Below, piece after piece: positions 1 through 7,578 of a stretch of DNA of 8,137 nucleotides (the first letter of the stretch is position 1; every line of letters starts with the position of its first letter). The DNA comes from an uncultured archaeon. GTDB taxonomy: Archaea; Asgardarchaeota; Thorarchaeia; Thorarchaeales; Thorarchaeaceae. Below the pieces are notes generated by a model. It did not search any database, had not been told where the DNA came from, and saw only the letters and a program-made list of their open reading frames with translations. The DNA lies in NCBI GenBank assembly GCA_964648855.1, contig CAZYLT010000044.1, positions 1-8,137 on the forward strand, written 5' to 3'. The position numbers were made by a program, and so were the translations under genes.

Positions 1-524
1 CCCATGCCGCCTTTGCCCTTGAAGAAGATGCGGTCAACAACAACTGCAGATGCTACTGCATGAAGCCAATCCATGTAATCTCCAACCCGCACAACGAATT
101 GGTCTCTCACAGATATGATTTTCTTATTGAGTTGAAACGCAAATCTGCCTGCACCATCATACGCGTCAAAACCCCATGCCATGAATCCACCCTGGGCCTT
201 GATCACGTCGTCACGGTAGTGAATTTTGAAGTTCTTTCGGAATGCAATCCATGGTCTAGTAAGCTTCGCGACCTTCTCGCCATCAGGATCCTTAAGCCAG
301 AAACTCTTGTCAAAAAATCCTCCTTTGGCTGTCAGCAGCGGGTTTCCATTCAAATCTTCAAAATTAATAGTTGAACGAAGAATGCTAAGCCAAGTCTGTC
401 TTCCGACTGCTAGTTTTTCGTCCGTTCGCTCATCATAAATCTCGTATACGGGTCTCAAAGATACAATCTTTTGTTTGACCCTAAAATCTCTTGTTTCTTT
501 TTCTTCTCCGGTGTCCATCTCCAC
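1..524 (-). CDS. LURP-one-related / scramblase (Tubby C-terminal-like) family protein, 3'-partial (runs off the window start)
   Basis: Not in the ORF track. Manual minus-strand translation from GTG 524 or ATG 518 is open to position 1: MDTGEEKETRDFRVKQKIVSLRPVYEIYDERTDEKLAVGRQTWLSILRSTINFEDLNGNPLLTAKGGFFDKSFWLKDPDGEKVAKLTRPWIAFRKNFKIH...NKKIISVRDQFVVRVGDYMDWLHAVASAVVVDRIFF. The KQKxxS.R..Y.I.D start, repeated beta-hairpin units, KKxxSxRDxF motif and hydrophobic C-terminal helix ending in D fit LOR/scramblase barrels. GGTGG RBS lies upstream. Confidence 0.8.
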   Translation of the reverse strand, partial: MEMDTGEEKETRDFRVKQKIVSLRPVYEIYDERTDEKLAVGRQTWLSILRSTINFEDLNGNPLLTAKGGFFDKSFWLKDPDGEKVAKLTRPWIAFRKNFKIHYRDDVIKAQGGFMAWGFDAYDGAGRFAFQLNKKIISVRDQFVVRVGDYMDWLHAVASAVVVDRIFFKGKGGM

Positions 525-669
525 GTGAATACCACCTGTCTAGAAAATGACACCCCACAATTTAAGGATGTATTGGACATACTCGGAGGAGATGATGGCA
601 TTTCCACCCTTAATATCATCCTTGATACTATGGTTTCTCAGCTATATTAGCGATTAGTTTTCCACCATA

Positions 670-1371
670 TTACCAGTTTGGGATTTTTGATGTAGTTCCT
701 TGGTTGTAGAAATAGATGTCATCCTCCCCGACTTGGAATCCTACACCACCAAGATATGGTTCCCTATCTTCTTTGCGTAATGGTCGACCAAGGATTGACC
801 TCTTGGCACTCATTAGACACAGGTCGTGTGTTATGTGAATGTGAAAAACGCCTCTGGGGTCATCTTTTATTCTTCGGAGGGTGTCCTCCCCCAGTCTTTG
901 AACGTACTCGTCAAAAGGTTCCATATCATCGCCAAATTCTCTATTCGCCCACCAATTCACAAATTCGGTCACGTTATTGCCGTCGGGCTCCAAGTTTTTC
1001 CATACAACATCTTTGGCATTCTGGGGGCCCACTATTGTTGCAAGTGGCTCGAATTCATCTATAGTAGCACCCCTCTCGATTAGGGCTTTACGAATCTCCT
1101 CAGCTGTTTCATAGCATCTCGATACAAAACTAAAGAAAATCCTCGTTGATCTATGACTTGGGATATGCTGTCCGAACTGGAATGACAGCTTCTTGCCTAG
1201 TTCAGTGAGTCCTGCATTTACCATCTCATCATATGTATTCAGTGTCACTCGATGAGAGTGCCTAAGCAGAAGGAGGATAGAATTGTCTGGGGGCACTGAG
1301 TCGGCCCAAGACACCAAATCTCTTGCATTTTCCAGCCAGTCGGCTGTATTCCACTTGTCCATGATGTCCAC
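670..1371 (-). CDS. Histidine phosphatase (phosphoglycerate mutase-like) superfamily protein
   Basis: LLLRHSHR (RHG-like motif), LTELG, S..SRCYETA and distal ITHD catalytic His. GGAGG RBS just upstream of the GTG start. Confidence 0.85.
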   Translation of the reverse strand: MDIMDKWNTADWLENARDLVSWADSVPPDNSILLLLRHSHRVTLNTYDEMVNAGLTELGKKLSFQFGQHIPSHRSTRIFFSFVSRCYETAEEIRKALIERGATIDEFEPLATIVGPQNAKDVVWKNLEPDGNNVTEFVNWWANREFGDDMEPFDEYVQRLGEDTLRRIKDDPRGVFHIHITHDLCLMSAKRSILGRPLRKEDREPYLGGVGFQVGEDDIYFYNQGTTSKIPNW

Positions 1372-1607
1372 ATTACTTCCTCCTATAACGGGATTCCGAC
1401 AATGTCTTGCCCTGCTATTCTAGAGGCCCAACCATCATCCAAATCGACCAGAATGATTAGACAAGTCGGGCTGAGATTGAACCTGATTTAAACCCGTCGT
1501 AAGCGCCCAAGCAATAATTCATGAAGCGCATCCCTCAAATAACAACTTGGAAAATGCCAGCAAAATTTTATTGTCATAAAGGATAAAGTATGTGCAAGTG
1601 AAGAATA

Positions 1608-1913
1608 TTGAACGAGGGCGAGGACCAAGGGCCTGCAGATGAAGAAATACCAATCTGGAAACGAATCGGGAAAATACTATTCGTTGTTGGATTCATCTTG
1701 ATAGTTTCAAACGGAATATTGGCTATTCTTGCCGGTTTTGCCGAAGCATATTCAGGGTCGAAGATTTTGGTTTCGCTATACAACCAATACGCATATCCAA
1801 CTACGATTATTGGCGGGTTTCTGCTCATTTTGGGCATTCTTACCTATCTTTGGGCAGAAGGCTTGCACCATGAGTTTGTGTGGGCACTCAAAACAGGTCC
1901 CTACTACAAATAG
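1608..1913 (+). CDS. Small hypothetical membrane protein (2 predicted TM helices)
   Basis: 101-aa ORF with TTG start, acidic N-terminus and two hydrophobic segments (ILFVVGFILIVSNGILAILAG; IIGGFLLILGILTYLW). Confidence 0.65.
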   Translation: MNEGEDQGPADEEIPIWKRIGKILFVVGFILIVSNGILAILAGFAEAYSGSKILVSLYNQYAYPTTIIGGFLLILGILTYLWAEGLHHEFVWALKTGPYYK

Positions 1914-1993
1914 CACCTGTGCTAACTCTGCAATTCTTGAATCGGAACGATACTAGTAACAGTAGCAATCATCCGACACTGAGGGCGAAACAA

Positions 1994-2368
1994 TTGACTC
2001 AGAGAGATCCTAAGCTGATTGCCCTGCTATTTAATGAACGGATTAATAATCTCGCTCTAGAGGGACTGGTTAATCTGATGACAGATGACCACACCTTCAT
2101 TGACTCTACTCGAGAGGCCCATGTAGGAAAAAAGGAGATGGAAAAGATATGGGCCGAATTCTTCTCAAAATACCCAGACTACAGGAAAATCTTCAGAAAA
2201 GTAGAGAACAGAGGGGACCTTGTTATCATGATTGGGCATTCTGAATGTTCTGTGGACATTCTAGATAGCCCTGCAAACTGGACTGCAGTGATTAGAGGCG
2301 ACAAAGTTGCTGAGTGACGGGTCTATGATGATACTGAAGAAAACCGTAGAGAGCTCCAAATTCTATAG
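1994..2368 (+). pseudogene. SnoaL-like / NTF2-family protein interrupted by an in-frame TGA (2315-2317) near the C-terminus
   Basis: Likely start is TTG 1994 after GAGGG: MTQRDPKLIALLFNERINN...LMTDDHTFIDS...GKKEMEKIWAEFFSKYPDY...GDLVIMIG...WTAVIRGDKVAE*RVYDDTEENRRELQIL* (TAG 2366-2368). The frame continues in family-like fashion past the TGA, where the pattern KVAEWRVY expects Trp. Confidence 0.7.
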
Positions 2369-2534
2369 GCGGACGACAAAGGATCACTTGATTCTCTCTC
2401 CAAGCCTGAAGTAATGCTGAGAAATCAACAAATTCTAGGACAACATAACCTACAGCTCAATGATTGGCGGTTTATTACTTATTGATAAAATTAATAAGAT
2501 AGGGGAGTTAACTATAGCGTATAGGGTGGCAGAA

Positions 2535-2828
2535 TTGGCACTAGTCATGATGTATAGGACCGAAATCAAGCGGGATAAACTAGAAGAGATGGATAAACTC
2601 CGGGGCGCGTTCATGGATATATATGATAAGCATGGTGTGGACGTAATCGGTCACTGGAGGGAGAGCAAAGCCCCTCATGTCAGTTACTACATGGCGCGAT
2701 ATCCGGATGAAGATGATTACACTAAGACTGTATTGAAACTCCACGAGGAGCAGGGGTATCGCGAGTTGACTGCTAGATTGAATGAAATTCGGACTGATTT
2801 TGAAGCTACGCGTCTTACCCCTCTCTAG
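2535..2828 (+). CDS. NIPSNAP-like dimeric alpha/beta-barrel protein
   Basis: Likely start is TTG 2535 after GGGTGG (the ORF track extends to 2460). 'IYDKHGVDVIGHW...YYMARYPD...LTPL' matches the NIPSNAP pattern; about 97 aa. Confidence 0.7.
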   Translation: MALVMMYRTEIKRDKLEEMDKLRGAFMDIYDKHGVDVIGHWRESKAPHVSYYMARYPDEDDYTKTVLKLHEEQGYRELTARLNEIRTDFEATRLTPL

Positions 2829-3035
2829 GTCTTCCCATTATTGAAAGCTGATTTTGTCAAAGACATGAAATCGGAAGGAAGGTATTATCCTAAGATAATC
2901 TATACTGGATAAGAGGAAATTCTATCCTGTCCGAAAGCATCATTTTGGAACCGCAAAGAGAGTCCAGTTGATGAACCGCGAAAAAGAGAAAACTATCTAA
3001 AGACATGCCGCATTACATTTTTTTGGGGAGGATCT

Positions 3036-3707
3036 ATGCAATCAGAAAGATCTGAACATGAATCACAGAAGGAGAAAAGAAATCGTTACATGGTTCTTCT
3101 CACAGCATTGATTGTAGCCTTGTTCTCTCCTGCAATTGTCATCTTGTACAATAGCCCGTACTATAGTTATGTGCAGATACTGGCGATGACCTGGGTATGG
3201 TATGGTTCTGCATTTGGACCGCCAATGCCCATCCCATTAATGTTCATTCTTATCAGTAGCCTGCCCTTTACGTTCATGAGACTGGTCTTTGTTTACATGG
3301 TTAACAGGCACTATTTGGGAAAGACCACTCGACAAAAAACTCTGATTGCAGGAATCATCGCGGAGGCTCAAGCTCCAATAATCTATAGTCTTCCATATAT
3401 TATCATGCTTATTTTGTCTCCCGGAAGTACTTATTTCCCGATGTATGCGATTCCTGTCCCCATATTGATTATAGTCGCTTTTCTTCTAATGAGATTTCGT
3501 CCTCCACCTGAACGGAAATCTTGGGTGGATAACGGCGAAAAGGGCAATTGGTGGAGTGACGAAGAACCGCAACCTTCTCCGGGAAAGGCGCCACAACAGA
3601 CTGCCGTAGATACTAATCGGGTCGAGGAATCAGAGAAGGAGGAAATGCCAGAGAAAGATACCGAAGAAGAACAATCACCTGACGAATGGCTAGAAGAGAG
3701 TTGGTAG
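3036..3707 (+). CDS. Hypothetical multi-pass membrane protein with a disordered acidic C-terminal tail
   Basis: GGAGG RBS before ATG 3036. Four to five hydrophobic segments, followed by about 70 aa rich in E/P ending in DEWLEESW. Confidence 0.75.
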   Translation: MQSERSEHESQKEKRNRYMVLLTALIVALFSPAIVILYNSPYYSYVQILAMTWVWYGSAFGPPMPIPLMFILISSLPFTFMRLVFVYMVNRHYLGKTTRQKTLIAGIIAEAQAPIIYSLPYIIMLILSPGSTYFPMYAIPVPILIIVAFLLMRFRPPPERKSWVDNGEKGNWWSDEEPQPSPGKAPQQTAVDTNRVEESEKEEMPEKDTEEEQSPDEWLEESW

Positions 3708-3765
3708 GAGTACTGGATAGCATTATTTGAGATGCTCTTGTCGAATACACAGGGGCGCAAACACA

Positions 3766-4587
3766 ATGTGCGAACTCATGGCACTGTCCTTTTCGAATCC
3801 GGTACGAGCTAGCATCTCCTTGAATGTTTTTCAAGAGAACGGCATAGAGAATCCTGATGGGTGGGGCGTAGCCTATTACCACGAAGATGCATTGCAGTTA
3901 ATCAAAGAACCCTCGCCCGCCTCGGACAGTATACTCTATGACTTCGTAGAACGGAGCGCTTTTTCGAAGATTTACCTCTCTCATTTGAGACGGTCAACTG
4001 AAGGAATTCGAAGCTATTTCAATACTCATCCTTTCTATAGAGTAGTGAATACGAGGAGCAGACGCTTCGAATACTGTTTCGCCCATAATGGCACAGTAAT
4101 TGATTACCCCAAGTTATCACTGGGCAACTACATCCCTCTTGGCGAAACTGACTCCGAACATGTTTTTTGTCACTTGCTTGATATCCTTTCGAACACGTCT
4201 AACCCATCTTGGAAAAAAACAGAGTATCAAGAACTTGAGCGGCTCTTGCAGAGCATTAACTCACCCGAGAACACACTAAACTGTATATTATCGGATGGAA
4301 CGAATCTATTCTGCTATTCTGACAGATATGATCACAATAGTGGTCTTCGATATTCAGAGTATGACACTGCAATCAAGCTAGAAGATGAGAAAAAGGACTT
4401 TGGAGAAATAAGAGTTCAAACAACCTACACTTCTAAGGAAACGGTTGACATCAAAGGGGTTCTTGTTACTACGCGAGCTATGAGAAAAGGTAACTGGTTC
4501 GAGTTCGAACCCGGTGAGCTTGTCGTATTCAGGGATGGAGAGATTGTTTATGCCTCCACTCGGACATCCAATCGAGAAAGCACTTAA
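3766..4587 (+). CDS. Class II (Ntn-hydrolase) glutamine amidotransferase, YafJ/EgtC/DUG3-like
   Basis: Start is ATG 3766 giving M-C (N-terminal Cys nucleophile): MCELMALS. Motifs NPDGWGVAYY, SHLRRST, NTHPF, FAHNG, GETDSE, LNCILSDG, W....PGEL. Confidence 0.9.
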   Translation: MCELMALSFSNPVRASISLNVFQENGIENPDGWGVAYYHEDALQLIKEPSPASDSILYDFVERSAFSKIYLSHLRRSTEGIRSYFNTHPFYRVVNTRSRRFEYCFAHNGTVIDYPKLSLGNYIPLGETDSEHVFCHLLDILSNTSNPSWKKTEYQELERLLQSINSPENTLNCILSDGTNLFCYSDRYDHNSGLRYSEYDTAIKLEDEKKDFGEIRVQTTYTSKETVDIKGVLVTTRAMRKGNWFEFEPGELVVFRDGEIVYASTRTSNREST

Positions 4588-4659
4588 TCAAGCACTCTTC
4601 ATTAGCAGAGCTATTGACATCTGTGCAGAAATATCTCCTTGAAGCGTAGGTGGATCTTA

Positions 4660-5634
4660 CTACTGGGTAACAATCTTGGTTTCTTTAAGACTTGGAATAC
4701 TCCACTCTTCGAGTGCCATCTGAGACTCAGTATCAATAATATCGCTATTCCTGTAAAGAGCTCGCAAGAATCTGTTGTAATCTTCAATATCCATGGTACG
4801 GACAGTTGCAAACAAACTATAGTCTCCACCAACCCTGTGCAAGTCCCACACCTCCTCGAAGAGACTCACGTATTCTGCAGTCTTTGCTATCCTACCTGGT
4901 TTTGGTTTTATCTTAAGAAAGAACTTGATGGGCAAATCCACATACTTGAAATCAATATCTATCGAGTGCCCCAAAATGACATTTTTCATGGCAAGACGAC
5001 TCATTGCCTTTGAAACCGCCGGTTGACTGATCTCCTTTTCCATTTCTTCTCCAATTCTCCGCTGAGATGGGCTCATGGGTTCTTCAGCTGTTGCCGCCCA
5101 GCGCCTGATAGTACTCAAAAGTGACCAGTCTATGTCTGAGAGCATGTACTCAGGCTGGACGTCACTTTTCACAAGGAACCCGTGAGTCTTATACGTCGCG
5201 AGAACCTGAACTAAGTCATATTTCTGTGCCTCTGTGGCGGCTACTACTTCGTCGATCTTATCGAGAAACTCATTGAAGGATTGTGATTTGCGGAAACGAA
5301 ACAGCGCAAGAAGTGAGAATTCTCCTGATATACCATCAAGTGACTCAAGTTCCTCCATGTTTAGTAATGCACGGCTAAGCGAAACCTCTCTTGGATTGCT
5401 CTTGATGAGTAGAATGCTATTCCTCTCTGCATAGACGTTAGAGGGATTGAAAATGGTCAGATAAGCCCGTATGATTCCTCGTTTCACAAGTTTTCTGATG
5501 GTGCGAGCAATCCAGTTTCTCCCCTTTTCCAGAGTTTCTGCGAGTGAGAGCAAACTGGCTCTTGAATCCTTCACTAACTGTCTGAGGAGTTCTTTCTCAC
5601 TATCCGTAATGAAATGCACTCCTTGTTTCATCAC
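4660..5634 (-). CDS. Lrp/AsnC family transcriptional regulator with two tandem HTH+RAM units
   Basis: First HTH (LVKDSRASLLSLAETL...RKLVKRGIIRAY) plus RAM (GISGEFSLL). Second HTH (SQRRIG...SQPAVSKAMSRL) plus RAM (EVWDLHRVGGDYSLFATV). Start is GTG 5634 or ATG 5631. Confidence 0.85.
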   Translation of the reverse strand: MMKQGVHFITDSEKELLRQLVKDSRASLLSLAETLEKGRNWIARTIRKLVKRGIIRAYLTIFNPSNVYAERNSILLIKSNPREVSLSRALLNMEELESLDGISGEFSLLALFRFRKSQSFNEFLDKIDEVVAATEAQKYDLVQVLATYKTHGFLVKSDVQPEYMLSDIDWSLLSTIRRWAATAEEPMSPSQRRIGEEMEKEISQPAVSKAMSRLAMKNVILGHSIDIDFKYVDLPIKFFLKIKPKPGRIAKTAEYVSLFEEVWDLHRVGGDYSLFATVRTMDIEDYNRFLRALYRNSDIIDTESQMALEEWSIPSLKETKIVTQ

Positions 5635-5707
5635 TCGTGCCTTCTATTCCAATTTCATATGGAGGATTTTAATATGTTGTTCTGTGTTCCCTGCGTATGT
5701 GATTATA
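5635..5707. promoter_or_regulatory. Divergent promoter region between the Lrp gene and ahcY; TATA-like box TTTTAATA at about 5667-5674
   Basis: 73-bp intergenic gap. AT-rich box about 35 nt upstream of the ahcY ATG, with a GTGAT RBS-like element at 5699-5703. Confidence 0.5.
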
Positions 5708-6995
5708 ATGACCGACTACAAGGTAAAAGACATCGGTCTTGCGGAAGAAGGACGCAAGCTGATTGACTATGCTGAACAGCATATGCCAGTTCTCATGCAC
5801 TTGAGGGAAAAATATGCAGATAAGAAACCCTTGAAGGGTATGAGAATCTCTGGATGCTTACATGTGACCAAGGAAACTGCTGTCTTGGTTGAAACTCTTC
5901 GGGCAGTTGGAGCTCAAGTTGCTTGGTCTGGATGCAACCCCCTTTCCACCAACGATAAAGTTGCAGCTGCTCTGGCAGCAAATGATGTACCTATATTTGC
6001 CTGGCATGGACTTGATACTGATGATTACTATTGGTGTATTGAGCAGGCACTAAGCGTTGAACCCACCCTGACATTGGACGACGGAGCGGATCTGATTTTT
6101 ACCATCCATAATAAGCGCAAAGAACTCATTGACGGCCTGTACGGTGGCTCAGAGGAAACTACAACTGGAGTTATCCGAATCAGGGCTATGGCTGCAGATG
6201 GTGCTTTGAGATACCCAATAATGGCTGTAAATGACGCCGATACCAAACATATGTTCGACAACGTATACGGTACGGGTCAGAGTTCCTTTGACGGAGTACT
6301 TCGAGCATCGGCCATTCTTATTGCTGGAAAGACCGTAGTCATTGGTGGATACGGCTACTGCGGTCGTGGTTTGGCCATGAGAGCAAAGGGCTTAGGGGCA
6401 GATGTGATTGTAACAGAGGTGGACCCTGTTCGTGCTTTGCAAGCTCGAATGGATGGATATCGTGTGATGCCAATGAATAAGGCTGCGGAAGAGGGTGACC
6501 TATTCATCACCGCTACTGGCATGAAGGATGTGATCACGGGAGAACACATGAAGGTCATGAAAGATGGAGCTATCATTGGTAACGCCGGGCATTATGATGT
6601 AGAGATCAATAAACCTGACCTTGAGAAACTCAGTACTAGCAAGGATAGAGTTCGCCAAGCATTAGATGAGTTCAAACTGAAAGATGGTCGGAGCATCTTC
6701 CTCCTAGGTGAAGGCCGCTTGGTCAATCTTGTTGCCGCTGAGGGACATCCTAGTGAGAAGTTGGCACTCGTTGCCGCTTCCTAGAAAGGTCATGGACCTG
6801 TCCTTCGCCGGCCAACTGAATGCAATGATGTGGATGAAAGAACATGGTCAGGACTTGGAGCCTGATGTGTACGAATTCCCAGAAGAGCTGGATAGAAAGA
6901 CCGCCTTGATGAAGCTAGAAACTATGGGGATCTCCATCGATAAGTGGACAGAGGAACAAGAGCGGTACGCCCGCGCATATGCGGAAGGCACTTGA
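5708..6995 (+). CDS. ahcY: S-adenosyl-L-homocysteine hydrolase (adenosylhomocysteinase); predicted join(5708..6755,6787..6995), 418 aa after removing a 31-nt BHB intron
   Basis: MTDYKVKDIGLAEEG, HMPVL, GCLHVTKET, GCNPLST, LDDGADL, EETTTG, VNDADTKHMFDNVYGTGQS, GYGYCGRG (NAD binding), GHYDVEI, GRLVNL...GHPSE. The conserved continuation VMDLSFAGQ...PEELD...EEQERY is in another frame. Removing 31 nt joins CCT AGT G|AG GTC ATG. Confidence 0.95.
6756..6786 (+). other. Candidate archaeal bulge-helix-bulge (BHB) mRNA intron, 31 nt: AGAAGTTGGCACTCGTTGCCGCTTCCTAGAA
   Basis: Central 4-bp helix CUAG(6750-6753)/CUAG(6781-6784). 3-nt bulges UGA (6754-6756) and AAA (6785-6787). Intron stem GAAGU-u-GGCA (6757-6766)/UGCC-GCUUC (6772-6780). 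Exon stem AUC(6747-6749)/GGU(6788-6790). Cleavage after the second nt of each bulge removes exactly 6756-6786 and restores the frame. Confidence 0.85.
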
Positions 6996-7042
6996 TTAAG
7001 TAAGAGTGGAAGCTAGAGGTCCTCGTCATTAAGCAATTCGTC

Positions 7043-7065
7043 GAGGAACTCTTTCCTCTTTTTTT
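7043..7065 (+). terminator. Putative ahcY terminator (hairpin plus T7 tract)
   Basis: GAGGAA-ctct-TTCCTC (7043-7058) followed by TTTTTTT (7059-7065), about 50 nt after the ahcY stop. Confidence 0.6.
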
Positions 7066-7080
7066 GCACGTCTCTGCAAA

Positions 7081-7437
7081 TATAGGGATGAATCGCTCAC
7101 TATTGGCGACTTCATATCTGTCCTTGCCGACAAGAAATCATGACCTCTTGCTAAGCGATTTTGTGAAGCATGCAAGTCGCAAGGATTCGAATTACTATAC
7201 ACCCTTATCCACGTTCCTCTTGGACATAAGGAGATTCGAAAGGCTGCACCAGGTCTGTACCGTTCGGATCATGCACCTTTCCGGCAAAATGGGATTCCTA
7301 GTTTGTTGATATCTGACACAGCAAATTTCAGATAAATGTACTATCACACTGAAGCTGATACAATTGACAAAACCGACTTTGAGTTCCTCGAGATGACCTG
7401 CAAGGCTACTGTGTTGACTGCACTTTCAACGCATTAA
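7081..7437 (+). pseudogene. C-terminal remnant of an M28 family (Zn-aminopeptidase-like) peptidase
   Basis: Not in the ORF track. Frame +1 reads ...IGDFISVLADKKS*PLAKRF...AAPGLYRSDHAPFRQNGIPSLLISDTANFR*MYYHTEADTIDKTDFEFLEMTCKATVLTALSTH*. RSDH..F...GIP and YHT..DT.D are M28 signatures. In-frame stops at 7141-7143 and 7333-7335; the N-terminal part is absent. Confidence 0.8.
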
Positions 7438-7578
7438 TGGATGTCAAATTATCCGATTGGATAACTGCCGAACGATTTATTACATAACCATTTTTACTAT
7501 TGTTATCTCGATGAGGTATGCAGGACACGATTTTTGCTATCCTGATGCGATTTTGAGTCCTATCTAGTGGTGATTGAA

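Noticed and set aside
1385-1600. Possible small ORF or gene remnant between the phosphatase and the 1608 gene
   Set aside because: Only short frames with no recognisable family signature, so it cannot be supported.
2315-2317. Selenocysteine codon
   Set aside because: The position corresponds to Trp rather than a Cys or redox motif, and I could not identify a SECIS-like hairpin nearby.
5635-5707. SAH riboswitch upstream of ahcY
   Set aside because: The leader is very short and contains the TATA-like box. I see no recognisable SAH-riboswitch core or pseudoknot; an Rfam cmscan would settle it.
5471-5707. 79-aa N-terminal extension of AhcY in the ORF track (likewise the upstream starts at 1880, 2460 and 3727)
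   Set aside because: The extension overlaps the divergent Lrp gene and the family-like sequence starts at ATG 5708. The other genes also have better downstream starts with an RBS or, for 3766, the required Met-Cys.
6756-6788. Spliceosomal-type (GT-AG), group I or group II intron
   Set aside because: The insert can be slid to end in AG, but none of the equivalent 31-nt placements begins with GT. It is far too short for a self-splicing ribozyme.
6756-6790. ahcY break as a programmed ribosomal frameshift, single-base sequencing indel, or natural gene split
   Set aside because: No slippery run at the site. A frameshift or 1-nt indel would leave about 10 extra residues inside the conserved GHPSEVMD motif. 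The 31-nt excess matches the BHB cut sites exactly.
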